Shown: positions 1-13,941, counted from the first letter of the stretch. The stretch is 64,000 nt of DNA from Octopus vulgaris (GCA_951406725.2 OX597816.1:163308001-163372000), one strand, 5' to 3'. Numbers and translations are program-made. The notes: generated by a model not told the origin, from the sequence alone.

Positions 1-223
1 ACATTCGAAGCTTTCTTCCAGGGGATCTAATGCACTTGGCTTAGATTTCCCTTGGCGGGCTGCCCATATCGGAGCAATCTCAAGATTAATCAGCCGAAAT
101 TGCTAAGATGATCTGGTTCTTGACTGATGACTGAGGGCTTCGAATGTCCCGTCCTGTGGTTCTTGTGTCGTCTCTGTGGCGTTTCATGTTCTTGTCCATG
201 TCTGTAATTATTTTGACTGTTTA

Positions 224-268
<45 letters not shown>

Positions 269-372
269 GTATATATAAATGTATGTGCGCGCGCGTGTGT
301 GTATAGATTAAATAAAATGAGACAACAGAGTCAAGGCAGTGTGAAATTTCTCGGACATTTATAAAGAGAAAG

Positions 373-426
373 GTAGTCTTACAGCTGTTTCAGGGATATA
401 AAAGAAATCCCGCCGTCAGAGACAAC
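373..426 (-). ncRNA. Degenerate minimal type I hammerhead ribozyme (Penelope-like pLTR remnant, ~300-480)
   Basis: Minus strand reads GTCT-CTGACGG-C-GGGAT-loop-ATCCC-T-GAAA-CAGCTG-TA-AGAC: stem I GTCT/AGAC, stem II GGGAT/ATCCC, palindromic stem III CAGCTG, GUA site. Core A9 is changed to G. Confidence 0.6.
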
Positions 427-554
427 ATGAGAGAATCAAATAGAAGGAAATAGTAGAGATCAATACAAGAAGCGTTAAACTAATACACTTGCTTGTTGTT
501 CATACACTTGTCTTCGTCTTTTGTTTTCCTATAAATTTCAACAATACATATATA

Positions 555-685
555 CAGGGTCTCCCAAAAAAATGTATACACATAGTGGTTCGGCAAAAGA
601 GAACGATAGAATAAGTACTAGGCTTACAAAGAATAACAAATTTACAATTATTTAAGGTGTGTATACATTTTTTGGGGACACCCTG
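555..685. mobile_element. Tc1/mariner-type MITE (28-bp TIRs, TA TSD) carrying a SINE fragment
   Basis: TA|CAGGGTCTCCCAAAAAAATGTATACACA ... TGTGTATACATTTTTTGGGGACACCCTG|TA. Interior 583-636 matches SINE family B. Confidence 0.8.
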
Positions 686-793
686 TATATATACATGGCA
701 CTGCATGTAACGATTGCATTGTTCAATTAAATGGAGCCGCTTGAAACGGTCGTGCTGTATCAGTACTTGATATCCTATTGCTTATTTTGATCA

Positions 794-858
<65 letters not shown>

Positions 859-960
859 GTTCCACTTGAATGTTATTTTGTTTAGGCTTGCTTCACTTTT
901 ACAACAGATTGCCAACAAAGTCATTCCGTTGATGGTGTTGGTATTAATCTTGTTGAATGC

Positions 961-1189
961 GGCGAGCTGGCAGAAACGTTAGCACGCCGGGCGAAATGCG
1001 TAGCCCTATTTCGTCTGCCGTTACGTTCTGAGTTCAAATTCCGCCGAAGTCGACTTTGCCTTTCATCCATTCGGGGTCGATAAATTAAGTACCAGTTACG
1101 CACTGGGGTCGATGTAATCGACTTAATACGTTTGTCTGTCCTTGTTTGTTCCCTCTATGTTTAGCCCCCTTGTGGGTAATAGAGAAACA
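961..1189 (+). mobile_element. tRNA-derived SINE, family A (GGCGAGCTGGCAGAA head), full length
   Basis: A-box-like TGGCAGAAACG, B-box-like GAGTTCAAATTC; TSD GGTATTAATCTTG at 940-952 and 1190-1202; many copies in the window. Confidence 0.85.
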
Positions 1190-1245
1190 GGTATTAATCT
1201 TGATGTTGTTGATGTTGATCGGGTCTCATCGAGCCTTGATTTTGC

Positions 1246-1276
<31 letters not shown>

Positions 1277-1824
1277 AGTGCCTTGGGTACCGCCATTGTC
1301 TTCGTCGTCGTCGTCGTCGTTGTTCTTTATGGTTAATATACTCTGCTTACGGGATGTTTTGAGGTGCGGACGACAAGAGTATGCAATGAAACCGAAATTT
1401 ATGGAAGTTAGCCGAATAAACAAAAGCCACTGTGTGATAAAATATCTCTGATTGTATGTATCTACGTACGTATGTGTGTATGTGCGTATGAGTATGTGTG
1501 TATGTGTGTGTGTGTTTCTGTGTACGTGTATTTCTCTGCATGTGTTTCTGTGTATGTGCATTTCTCTGCGTGTGTTTGTGTAAATTTTAACTTCATTTAG
1601 TTTCAGTCAGATCTGTTTCGTAATGTAAGTTATGTCTCTATAGTTTTTCTCCAACACGCTTTCATCATCTCTCCCTTCTCCCCTGTCGTTTTCCTCTTCG
1701 GCCTCAATTTTGACACATCTGTTTTCACCTCTCACTTCCTCTCGTATCCACTCTTCCTTTTTATTCCATCTCTCTTTTACTCACGAATTTTTCTTTGGTG
1801 GTGAAGGTATGTTTATGTATATAC

Positions 1825-1892
<68 letters not shown>

Positions 1893-2136
1893 ATATATAA
1901 ACACACTATAGATATGCATAAAACGCATAAATAATAGTTTAAATACAGACACATACCCACGTGTTGCATACACACATTTACATATACATAAACATACACA
2001 TATTCTATACATACACACACATACACAAACATATATATACACATATAGCCATATATACACAGACATATACACGCACACATATATACACATATAGCCATCT
2101 ATCTTCTATCCATCCATCTCTTTTTTTGTGTGTATG

Positions 2137-2192
<56 letters not shown>

Positions 2193-2197
<5 letters not shown>

Positions 2198-2390
2198 CCC
2201 CCTAGCATTGCTTGACAACCGATGCTGGTGTGTTTACGTCCCCGTCAACTAGCGGTTCGGCAAAAAGAGACCGATAGAATAAGTACTGGGCTTACAAAGA
2301 ATAAGTCCCGGGGTCGATTTGCTCGACTAAAGGCGGTGCTCCAGCATGGCCGCAGTCAGATGACTGAAACAAGTAAAAGAGTAAAAGAGT
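2193..2390 (+). mobile_element. SINE family B, 3' half
   Basis: Near-identical to the 3' half of full copies (27722-28121, 56986-57400), ending GGCGGTGCTCCAGCATGGCCGCAGTC..ACTGAAACAAGTAAAAGAG. Confidence 0.85.
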
Positions 2391-2400
2391 ATATATATAT

Positions 2401-2620
2401 TTTTTTTTTCTAGTTTCAGCTCAGAGCTGCTGCCATGCTGATGCACCGCCGTTTTGTGCTACACTGTTATTACTAATATGTGGGACTAATATGTGGCACT
2501 TGGTGAAGAATGGAGTTTGATATAGCTACTCTCATTTGCACCTCTTGCCGTGAGGTAGGTTCATCTGGGACTCTTGACAGGAAGATGTCCAGCTTTGATT
2601 TAAAAACCGCTACATCTACT
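2401..2620 (-). mobile_element. CR1-group LINE extreme 3' end (ORF2 C-terminus + 3' UTR)
   Basis: Minus frame VDVAVFKSKLDIFLSRVPDEPTSRQEVQMRVAISNSILHQV resembles the CR1-group C-terminal motif FK.KLD.FL..VPDEP; 3' tail and A-run follow. Confidence 0.7.
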
Positions 2621-3039
2621 TTATATATATTAATTTATATATATATAAATTAATCAAAGAAGATATGTCTACTTGCTGGAAATAACAGTCAAAACTCTTA
2701 TTTAAATCAACCGCTTAAAGGCAAACGGGCTAAGACAATCTCTCACATACATTAAAGTATTTGGACTCACGTGGACTTGTTAGAGGTTTCACAGGGTCTC
2801 GTTCCGCACAATATAAACTTTGATACCTGGTTGTTTATTATTGTAGGAATCATTCAACACCAATTACCAATCTCAGAATCCTAGCTTACCCCAGCAGAGC
2901 AGTTTTGGGGTTTGTTCTGCTTTCATGCCTCAGTGATAATAGTAACATGAATCATCAAAGACGTATGTCATGGACCAATAGCCGGATTACTTCATCCCAC
3001 CATGAAGGATATGCGTTTGCAATCCAAAATCAGGAAATA

Positions 3040-3385
3040 TCGACCATTTTGATTGTGGTCATGCTAGAGCACCACCTCGTAGTCAAAGAAATCGAACCTT
3101 GCACTTATTCTATCAGTTGTTTTTGCTGAACCGCTAAGTTACAGGGACTTAAACGCACCAAGACCGGCTGTCAAGCGATGGTGGAGGGACAAACACAGAT
3201 ACAACTACACACACATATATTTATATATATTTATATATATATATATATATATATAAACTTAGATAAAACTTAGATATGTTTCGACCAAAGATTGGTCCAG
3301 GCAATGTCTAACTTAATAGCATATATATACACATATAGTAAAGACACTTGCCCAAGGTGCTACGCAGTGGAACAGAACCCGGAGC
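3040..3385 (-). mobile_element. SINE family B, degraded fragments
   Basis: Reverse-complement similarity to family B tail (3040-3200) and head (3335-3385). Confidence 0.7.
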
Positions 3386-3413
3386 GACACCTGCTCTGTG
3401 CGTACACTTTGGT

Positions 3414-3471
<58 letters not shown>

Positions 3472-3549
3472 GGAAAAGAGATAATCAGACAAATAGTCAG
3501 ATAGGCAGACGCACAGATAAATAGACAGATAGAAAGATAGATGGATAGG

Positions 3550-3652
<103 letters not shown>

Positions 3653-4269
3653 ACGGAAAAACTGGCATAGATGCTTGAGCAGGCGTATGTGTGTTAGACA
3701 GATTGAGAGAAGGGCAAAAGAAAAACACGATTCTAAGCCTGAGCATGGAGCAGCTGTTATGGAGAAAATAACGATTGAAGTGAATAGAATGCGAGATTGT
3801 GTGAAACTTTCGTCTTCAAAGTAGACCATTTTAATGTGTTGGTGAATCAAAGTTCCTTCTTATATATTTGTGGCGCGAAGCATGTAAAAGCCGTCTTTTT
3901 TGTATAGTCTCTTTAGAGCAAACATATATTCATATGTAACATAAATATATTCGCATTCACAGATTTGAATAATCCTCTCATTGTGCACGATGTATGTTAG
4001 TAAATAGAAATCTAAAGTCTGTGTGTGTGTGTATGTGCTAAGCATACGTATATGTATATATGTATGTATTTATGTGCATGTGAGTGTGTGTGAGTGTATG
4101 GTTTATGCGTGGATTGCAAGATGCATAGATCTTTCTCAATTACTCTTTCACTCTTTCAGCTCTTTACGTCTGTTTGTCCGTTTCTCTCTCTCTCTCTCAC
4201 TCTCTCTCTCTCACTCTCTCTCTCTCACTCTCTCTCTCTCTATCTTTGTCTTTCTCTGTGTGTATGTTT

Positions 4270-4363
<94 letters not shown>

Positions 4364-4392
4364 GTGTGTATATATATGTATGTATATGTATA

Positions 4393-4468
<76 letters not shown>

Positions 4469-4659
4469 TATACACGCACCTATATATATCTCTATATATA
4501 AAATCTATATATATGAACAAATACATACACATACATACACACACACATATAGCGAGAAAGATTTAGAATAAGATGGAAGGGAAGAAGAGGAGGTGCGGAA
4601 GAGAGAGAAAGGTAGAAGGGAGTGGATTGAAGGGCATGTGGGGAGAGGTGGAGGCAGAA

Positions 4660-4803
4660 GTGTCGTTGGTGTTGTTGTTGTTGATGGTGGTGGTGGTGGT
4701 GGTGGTGGTGGTGGTGGTGGTAGTGGTGGTGGTGGTGATGGTAGTGGTGTTGGTGGTGGTATTGTTGTTGTTGCTGTTTTTGTTGTTGTTGTTGTTGTTG
4801 TTT

Positions 4804-4835
<32 letters not shown>

Positions 4836-4915
4836 GGTGGTGGTGGTGGTAGTAGTGGTGGTGGTGGTTGTGGTGGTGACGGTGGTAGTGGTGTCGGCGG
4901 TGGTAGTAGTGATGG
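4660..4915. repeat. (GGT)n/(GTT)n compound microsatellite
   Basis: Direct reading; source of spurious poly-G/V/P ORFs. Confidence 0.95.
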
Positions 4916-5004
4916 GTGAAGGTGGACGTGAAGATGTTGATAGGTGAATAAGAAAATGAACGTCAGATAGGAAATCAGATTAAAAGTTAGAAGAAAAAAA
5001 ATAT

Positions 5005-5150
5005 TGGTTTCAAATTCTGGCACAAAGCCAGCAATGTTGGGGATGGGTGGAATACGTTGATTACATTGACCCCCAGTATTCAACTGGTACTAACTTTATT
5101 GACCCCGAAAGGATGAATGGCAAAAACGACCTCGCTGGAAGTGGAAACTC
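5005..5150 (-). mobile_element. SINE family A, partial
   Basis: CAACTGGTACT..TTTATTGACCCCGAAAGGATGAATGGCAAA is the reverse complement of the family A body. Confidence 0.75.
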
Positions 5151-5493
5151 GGAGGAAATTATGAAAATATTGAAATATCCAGAAAAGAGATGAGGAAAGA
5201 TAGAGGAAATGTGACAGCAGCGAGAGGAGAAAGAGAGGGAGAGAGAGAGAGGGGGGGGGGATAGATAGTGGGGGCTGAAAGAGAGGAGGAGAGAGATGGA
5301 AATAGAGAGAGGGACGGGGAGAGATGGAAAAAGAGAGAGGGCAGAGAGAGGTGAAGAGAGAGGAGTGTCAGTTGAATCAATCGATACGCTGTTTATTTTA
5401 TCGATCTTTTTGGCCGAACCTCTATGTTACGGTGTGGTAAAGAAATCAACAGCAGTTATCAAGTGGCATGTGGAAGACAGATACGAACAGATA

Positions 5494-5569
<76 letters not shown>

Positions 5570-5814
5570 CCTACCTCTCTATCTATTTAAATATCTATCT
5601 ATCTATTTATATCTATCTGTTTCTATGTTATAATTCACAGTCAGCAATATATTGTAGTCTGAAGGCGTTTCACTCCCTACTTTCCGCGTAAAGGGAAGCT
5701 CTATCATGATTCCTCTTCAACTAATACATCTAGCTGTTGGCCAAGCTTTTCATTCATGTTCGACATACTGTGTCAAAATTGGGAAAGCGAATAGATGTTG
5801 CGAGCACAAACACA

Positions 5815-6205
5815 TACTTTGGCCGTAGGGTCACAAAAATAAAAATCAAAGATGTGCCCCCTGAGATAAAATGGCTTGTATCTGCCATTTGTTACGATAT
5901 CGAGGAGGCAAATTCGAATCGTCTGCCAGTTTCATTTGATGTGGACATTTTTCAATGTTGATTGAATCAATTTGAGCAAGGATTTCCACTCCTTCACCAA
6001 TCCAATTTTGCTGGTCCAGGACAGTGATTTCCAAGATTGGTGAAGGAGTGGAAATCCTTGCTCAAATTGATCCAATCAACATTGAAAGATTTCCACATCA
6101 AATGAATCTGGCAGACGATTCGAATTTGCATGTGGCCGTCGAAGACAGAAGGCCACGTTGCTACGTTCGTGGTAGCAAATTACACCTGAAAATCAATTGC
6201 CCACT
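5815..6205 (+). mobile_element. Non-LTR retrotransposon ORF1 (gag-like) fragment with internal inverted duplication
   Basis: YFGRRVTKIKIKDVPPEI ... VAVEDRRPRCYVRGSKLHLKINCP is a decayed CX2CX4HX4C knuckle (second C changed to R); segment 5908-6034 is inverted. Confidence 0.6.
5908..6129. repeat. Hairpin: 95-bp arms (5908-6002, 6035-6129), 32-nt loop
   Basis: Arms are reverse complements with 4 mismatches by my count. Confidence 0.95.
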
Positions 6206-6244
6206 AGCAGCACAGAACAGTAAGTGACTTACGGACAGTAAGTG

Positions 6245-6299
<55 letters not shown>

Positions 6300-6369
6300 C
6301 ATTCTCTTTCGTCTTCCTTTCTATCTATCTATCTACCTATCTATCTCTCTCTCTTGCTATATATTCTTT

Positions 6370-6970
<601 letters not shown>

Positions 6971-7039
6971 CACCTATCTATGTATTCACGTGCTTGTGTT
7001 TGTATGTGTGTGTGAATACACAAACTTTCTTATTTTTCT

Positions 7040-7076
7040 GTTCTTGATGAAGGACTAGCATCCAAAACGTTAAAGA
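7040..7076 (+). ncRNA. Decayed minimal hammerhead-like motif
   Basis: TTGATGA-A-GGA-CTAGCA-TCC-AAAA-CG-TT-AAAGA has the same architecture as 48736 but C3 and G12 are mutated. Confidence 0.35.
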
Positions 7077-7682
7077 TCCTACCTTTTACATTCAAGCGAT
7101 ATAGTAAGTACTAAGACCTTTTTGCCACTATTGTGTTTTTGTCCTTAGCTCAATCATATATATATATGTATATATGTATGTATGTATGCATGTATGTATG
7201 TATGAATGTATGTATGTATGTATGTATGCATGTATGTATGTAAGTATGTAAGTATGTATATACATGCAAACACACACTCACTTATTCGCCTACATCGAGG
7301 AGTAATTCCCATAACAAATTACAGTGAATTGCTTTCTTACGGTTCCAATATGCCTTAAGCATATCTGAACTGGTAACAATTTTATATTTAATACACGTCA
7401 CTGCCTAGCGCTCATCATCCATGTGTTTTGTGCACGCCCGCGCGTCTGTGTGTGCGTGTGTGTGTGTATGTATTTATATCCATATGTGTGTGTGTGTATA
7501 TATATACATATATATAAGCATACATTGACATGCCTCTGTAAAAAGGATACAAATCTGTGTGTATACATATATGAGTGGTTGTTTATTTATAATGCAGAAA
7601 TACTGCAACTTTCTAATCTTTCTTCAAATGTACTCACCAAATCATCTAAAAGTTGTTGTATATGAAATGTATACACACACAC

Positions 7683-7726
<44 letters not shown>

Positions 7727-7814
7727 ACATACACACAAATACACACACACACATATATATATCTATAGTGTGTACTTTTTCCGTGATGGTAAGATTAACA
7801 TCTTGTACATATAT

Positions 7815-7884
<70 letters not shown>

Positions 7885-7915
7885 TGTATATATATGTATG
7901 TATACATATATGCAT

Positions 7916-7957
<42 letters not shown>

Positions 7958-7988
7958 TGTATATATATGTATGTATACATATATGCAT

Positions 7989-8030
<42 letters not shown>

Positions 8031-8570
8031 GTGTGTGTATTTGTGCTTGCAACATCTGTTCGCTTTCCCAATTTTGACACAGTATGTCGAACATGAATGA
8101 AAAGCTTGGCCAACAGCCAGATGTATTAGTTGAAGAGGAATCATGACAGAGCTTCGCTTTACGCGGAAAGTAGGGAGTAAAACGCCTTCAGACTACAATA
8201 TATTGCTGACTGTGATTTATAACATGGAAACCGAAATGTGTTAGAAGTCTGTATACAATATTAAGTATGCTATTGTAATATATATATAGACACAGGAATT
8301 AATTTTGAGAAAAATATGTAGCATGGATAGCTAACGAAGGATATAAAACTAGGGAAATATGGCGTAGTACTCACAGAGGTAAAAATACTGAGCGAGAGAG
8401 AGAGAGAGAAGTGAGAGAAGTAAAGAGGAGGAAGAGAGTGTGAGGGAGTGAGGTGGGGTAATGGGGAGGTAAAGTTGGAGAGAAGGGGAAAGAAAGAAAG
8501 GGAGAGGCAGGGAGAGGAATCAGACGATATTGTTATCGTCTGCTTATGTATACACATCTTGAAAGGAATA

Positions 8571-8627
<57 letters not shown>

Positions 8628-8738
8628 CATATATATTTTCAAAGTAATATCTTTACATGAATTGTAGGAAGATTATTATAATATATAATATTGAAGCATA
8701 TATGGACAGACTCTCCCTCTGTCTCTCTCTGTCTATAT

Positions 8739-8795
<57 letters not shown>

Positions 8796-8849
8796 CATAG
8801 ATGGATATATATATATCTTTCTATATATACATAAATACACATACACACA

Positions 8850-9245
8850 CATCAATCTAAAGTATTGGAATTACCAAAAGACTGCTTAGTGCATAATGAC
8901 AAAATTGATTCTAATACAAATAGCCAATGCAGATTTCGTAAAAAAAACGTAATACGGTAGACATTAGTCCATGGTGAAGTGAACCGAGAGAGGATGTCAT
9001 CAAATATTACCTTCCAACAAGATATGGTGGCATCAGCGTAAAAACAACCTGGAGTGCTATAGGAAACGGTAAAAGATCTCAGAATGGGAATAAAAGAATT
9101 GTTTCATTGAAACCGATGGACCTCAAGAGGACTGCAAGACGAAGAAACTAAAAATAAAATGTTCCAGGGGATCGTAAAATAAAGATATGTCGAAACAAGT
9201 TGCACACTAGGGGCCAGTGATGCGATAAAACGTGACATAAATGGG

Positions 9246-9248
<3 letters not shown>
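8850..9248 (+). mobile_element. Highly degraded RTE-like LINE 3' end
   Basis: [18 protein letters not shown] resembles the RTE C-terminal TKR..EW.P...KR..GRP motif; frames are broken. Confidence 0.35.
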
Positions 9249-9289
<41 letters not shown>

Positions 9290-9321
9290 GGGGGGAGGTA
9301 CGCGCGCGTGTGTATGTATGC

Positions 9322-9364
<43 letters not shown>

Positions 9365-10285
9365 TATATGCACACATACATTATATATATATATATATAT
9401 ATATATACATACATATACATACATATACATACGTATATATATATATATATACATATATATACATACATATACATACGTATATATATGAATGTATATGTGT
9501 GTATGTATTTATGTATCGTCTGGTATGAATAATGAAATATGAACAAATATCATATCCAGATTATTTGCATTTGTTTCAAGGAAAATTTCTTTTGGATTAT
9601 ATATTATATTTTAAGAGAGCATACTTGTATATTTTTGACATAATGGCGAAGGTAATGTACCAAAAATATATAGAACTATCTGTTGTCGAGTAAAAATAGG
9701 TCAACCCTGATCGATCAATCCAACGACCACGTGTATTCTATATACAACTATCCCATCTTTTATGGTATATCAAGAACTACGTTGTCTTACGTATCTCTCT
9801 CTCTCTTTTTAGACTGTCCTATGTGATTTAGGGGAAAGCGCAATGCTATTTTTAAGAGATTGAACAAACACTTAAAGAATCAATTGTTCAATCGTAAATC
9901 AATTCGTTCACATGAAGGGAGAAGAATATTGGTCGTCGATAGTTTCAACATGTTTCTAAGTTGAAATTATTGTTGTACAAACAACTCTGGATACACACTA
10001 AGAAAAAGACAATATGGATCGCGAATGGATTAGATAGGAGTAAAAATCAATGGACGCTGTTGGTGTGGGAAATACGAAGCTATCCCCAGACAGGATACTT
10101 GGCTTGAATACTTAAAATACAACAGGTCCCATTAAACGCGTCCAAAGATCAAGTATGGAAGTGTTCTTAAGACATCCAGCCGATTGATTCTGTTTTTGCG
10201 AAACAGAGGGTCTTCACACAATTTATGTCTTTCAAATTTCGGGAAACGACAAGAAACAGCAACTTATCGAATTGGATCAAACACT

Positions 10286-10642
10286 GGGAAGCACTCCGTC
10301 GGTTACGACGACGAGGGTTCCGGTTGATCCGAATCAACGGAACAGCCTGCTCGTGAAATTAACGTGTAAGTGGCTGAGCACTCCACAGACACGTGTACCC
10401 TTAACAGAGAGTGACAAGGCCACCCCTTTGAAATACAGGTACAACAGAAACAGGAAGTAAGAGTGAGAGAAAGTTGTGGTGAAAGAGTACAGCAGGGATC
10501 ACCACCATCCCCTGCGGGAGCCTCGTGGAGCTTTTAGGTGTTTTCGCTCAATAAACACTCACAACGCCCGGTCTGGGAATCGAAACCGCGATCCTATGAC
10601 CGCGAGTCCGCTGTCCTAACCACTGGGCCATTGCGCCTCCAC
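10286..10642 (-). mobile_element. tRNA-derived SINE, family C (GGAGGCGCAATGGCCCAGTGGTTAGG head), full length
   Basis: A box TGGCCCAGTGG and B box GGTTTCGATTCC on minus strand; 12-bp TSD GGATCAAACACT at 10274-10285 and 10643-10654. Confidence 0.9.
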
Positions 10643-11535
10643 GGATCAAACACTACAGACTATTGAAAAGGTTGCAAGACGCAACGAAAATTTTAGTTAA
10701 ATAAAAATAAGAAATAAGTGGAAATTTTACCGGTGAGTGTGTTACATTATAAGGCACAAAAAGAAAATGACTCTCCCCAGACACAACAGATCGGACTAAC
10801 GATAACTGAAAAATAAGGTGTGTTTGTTGTCAGAACACATTTGGTCATAGATATATTTAATAAAAGCTAAAACGTGTTTGAACAATATTAATTAAATTTC
10901 GCTCAGATGACTTTGACGAAACTGAGATTAGAAGTAAGAACACTTGCTTAATATTGCATGCAGTAGGTATGGAGCAGGAAAAACCGAAGATTTAAAAATG
11001 ACTGACAAACAATCGATTAATTGTTTAACCATCGCTTTAAACCATCGTCCGATTAGTTATTTTGATATATATTTAACCAATTGACAAAAATTAGTGAAGT
11101 GATACTGAATCAGTGCGTTTGTTACTATTATTGGCGTAATGATCCTCCCAAGACACCACCAAATTTGCTTATATTTTCAAAGAAATATAGGCCTTTGTAC
11201 ATTAATATAAACGATTAAAAGTCATGCATACTGTACTGTGCAAGGTACAAGTCTATGAAGGGTACCAGTAAGTTAGTCTCACGGTAGCAGGAATTTGAAG
11301 TTTCTGCTCGTAAAATTAATGCGACTTATAGCAGGTTCTGGACGCTCGATGTTCAGAAAGTCAGTGTTTTATCTGTACAAATGTAAGGCACAGAAAAGAA
11401 TTTTAGCCCAAATAGACAAATGTTTTGGTGGCTATTTTTTTTACAGTGTTTAGGGTTCGTCTTCGAACCAAATAAAACAGCAGATTTTTATTTTTCTCGT
11501 TTCCACACTGATCTGTAGGATATTCATGCATTTTG

Positions 11536-11597
<62 letters not shown>

Positions 11598-12409
11598 TGG
11601 AGATTTCAGAGGTTGGAAATAGATTTTAATAGACTATGTAAATGGCCAAAAGAGTGAACAGATGAATAGGTTGTGGTTTAAAGTTGATCTGAAGGTAATT
11701 AAGTTAATCAGAGAATCATCGTGTTCATTTTAGCAGGCCACAATTTAATCTACTATTCAAACAGTTTAATATGCTAAATCAACTTCAAGATGTGAACTTA
11801 AACACGTTAATCTCGTAATTAAATTATTAATCCATGATATCAATGGATATATCTGGAAATCAGCGATTGATTTAGTCATCATCCTGAAAATCTTATAATG
11901 ATATTACACGTTCTTTGAACTCCGGCTGTGATGTCGTGATGGTAACTTTGTAAACATCACGTGGCCATCAATATCAACATTGATTAACTCTAATGCCCGA
12001 TTTCTCCTTATATTTAATAATGCAATCCTATAACCTCGTAACGTTGTTCAATTTTCTATAGAGTTTAACCTTTAATTCAAATAGTTATCAATAAGCCGAT
12101 GCATGTTTATGTGTCTTTTGAGCTTCCTTATTCACTAACTAATCAGCTAGTTATCAGTCCCGTCTAAATATATACCTACCTACTTTACACTGTACTTTCG
12201 TATATGTCTTACTCACTCTCCCACTCATTATGTATATGTAATCACACGTTTGTGTGAACGTGTAATGTGCTGAAAAACATCGACTATGTTCTGGTATTAT
12301 CTTTTTATCGAATTTCTTTCACCACATTTCTGTAGGAGTCCCTTGTTTATTCAGTTTATTTAGTCGATTAATGTGTCTAAATCCTTTATTCACTTCAAGC
12401 ACATATCTT

Positions 12410-12590
12410 TTAGCAGTTTCAGACATTAGACTGCGGCCACACTGAGGCACTGACTTGAAGAATTTTATTAGAATGAAGCACTACTTCCTTTTGTAAAGCA
12501 AGGTATTTATTCTATCTCTTTTGCCGAACCGTTAAGTTACGGAGATGTAAAAAGACCAAACCGGTTGTCAACCTGTGGTGGGTACAAACT
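12410..12590 (-). mobile_element. SINE family B, degraded 3' half
   Basis: TCTCTTTTGCCGAACCGTTAAGTTACGG and GTTTCAGACATTAGACTGCGGCC match family B reverse complement. Confidence 0.7.
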
Positions 12591-12697
12591 CTAACAAAAA
12601 GACATGCCCTCCATATATACAAATATCCTCTTTCCCCCTCAAATAACAAAGGTAGAGTAATGTGCTTTATTAAAAAGCAGCATAAATATAACAAAAG

Positions 12698-12735
12698 CTG
12701 TTACTCCGAGTTTCACGTTACCATTCGTCGGACAG
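12698..12735 (-). ncRNA. Minimal type I hammerhead ribozyme motif (U4 changed to C) in Penelope-like segment
   Basis: Minus: CTGT-CCGACGA-ATG-GTAA-CGT-GAAA-CTCGGAG-TA-ACAG; stem I CTGT/ACAG, stem II with GUAA loop, quasi-palindromic stem III, GUA site. Confidence 0.65.
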
Positions 12736-12979
12736 TTTTGTTAAAATAGAACAGACATAACAATTTGATCAAAACTAGTTAAAGGATACACCTTTAAAAT
12801 GGATTTGTTTCATTGGCCCTTTCAATTAACGGTCTTAATCATGCAATGAACAAAATAAACAAAGTAAATGAATTCAAAATAAATTCATCCTATTATAAAA
12901 AACCGAAGAAAACCTTAAATCGAAGAGTGTGCGTATGTGTATGTATATATTTGCATGCCTGTGTTTGTAACCCCACCGT

Positions 12980-13090
12980 CGACCTAGCGGTTCGGCAAAA
13001 GAGTTCCAATGTTCGATTTCTTCGACTAAAAGGTGGTGCTCCAGCATGGCCGCGGTCAAAACGACGGAAACGGGTAACAGAATAAAAGAA
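12980..13090 (+). mobile_element. SINE family B, 3' fragment
   Basis: CTAGCGGTTCGGCAAAAGAG...GGTGGTGCTCCAGCATGGCCGCGGTC. Confidence 0.75.
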
Positions 13091-13269
13091 TAGCACGTAT
13101 CCCATAAATGCGCACTCTCATGTATGTGTGTAAGCTGTAATTCTGTTTTCTGAACTAAGTGCAGAACCTCTAACAGCTCACCCGAAATAACAGTCAAACG
13201 AGTCAGAAACATATCACATGAACCTCAAGTCAGCACACACTCCTTTCTTGTCAAGGGTATCATCATACC

Positions 13270-13540
13270 GGTGCCAGGTAGATAGCACCCAGTACACTCT
13301 GTAAAGTTTTTGACGTAGAAACCGTGCTATAACAGACAATTAGAGTCTGGCCAATTTCTCCATCTTGCCGTCTGCATGTCAAACCATCCAACCCGTGCCA
13401 TTACGGAAAATGGATGTTATACAATGGTGATGATGACGATGATGATGATGATGATGACGACGACGACGAAGACGACAAAGATGATGATGATTACGATGAT
13501 GATGACGACGACGACGAAGACGACAAAGATGATGATGATA
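13270..13540 (+). mobile_element. Degraded retroposon 3' end with (GAT)n tail
   Basis: GTCAAACCATCCAACCCGTGCCATTACGGAAAATGGATGTTA followed by (GAT/GAC)n, an RTE-type tail architecture. Confidence 0.45.
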
Positions 13541-13941
13541 GACTTGAAAAGCAATATTGCCTAGGATTGAATGTCGTTGATCCTGGCTATGCTGGATCAG
13601 GGTTGACCAGGGGTTAAATGACAACAACAATGACAACAACGACAAAACAAAAAAAGAAGCAAAAAAGCATGAAAAGATAGAATCGAGGATTTCAGCTAAA
13701 ATTCGAACCTGGATATATTTTTTATCAAAATGGAATTATAGGTCGAAAAAAAATAACCGAAATTTCTAGTGAAAGCCATTAATTTCAGATTAGTTCCAGA
13801 GACTGAATTTGTGATGAGCGTGGTTCAATTCGGAAAAGCAGATCTAAAGGGAATTTCGATGGAATCACTATTAGAATCTGCCAGAGAAAATCTCTCTGCT
13901 CAGCAGATAAGCAAATGATGGAAGGCTTTCCATAAACGTAC

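Noticed and set aside
90-150. CTGATGA near GAAA/GAAT, possible hammerhead
   Set aside because: Could not build stems I and II in any topology; probably a repeat end but not supportable as a ribozyme.
10570-10642. tRNA gene-like sequences at SINE heads
   Set aside because: No complete cloverleaf; they continue into SINE bodies bounded by TSDs.
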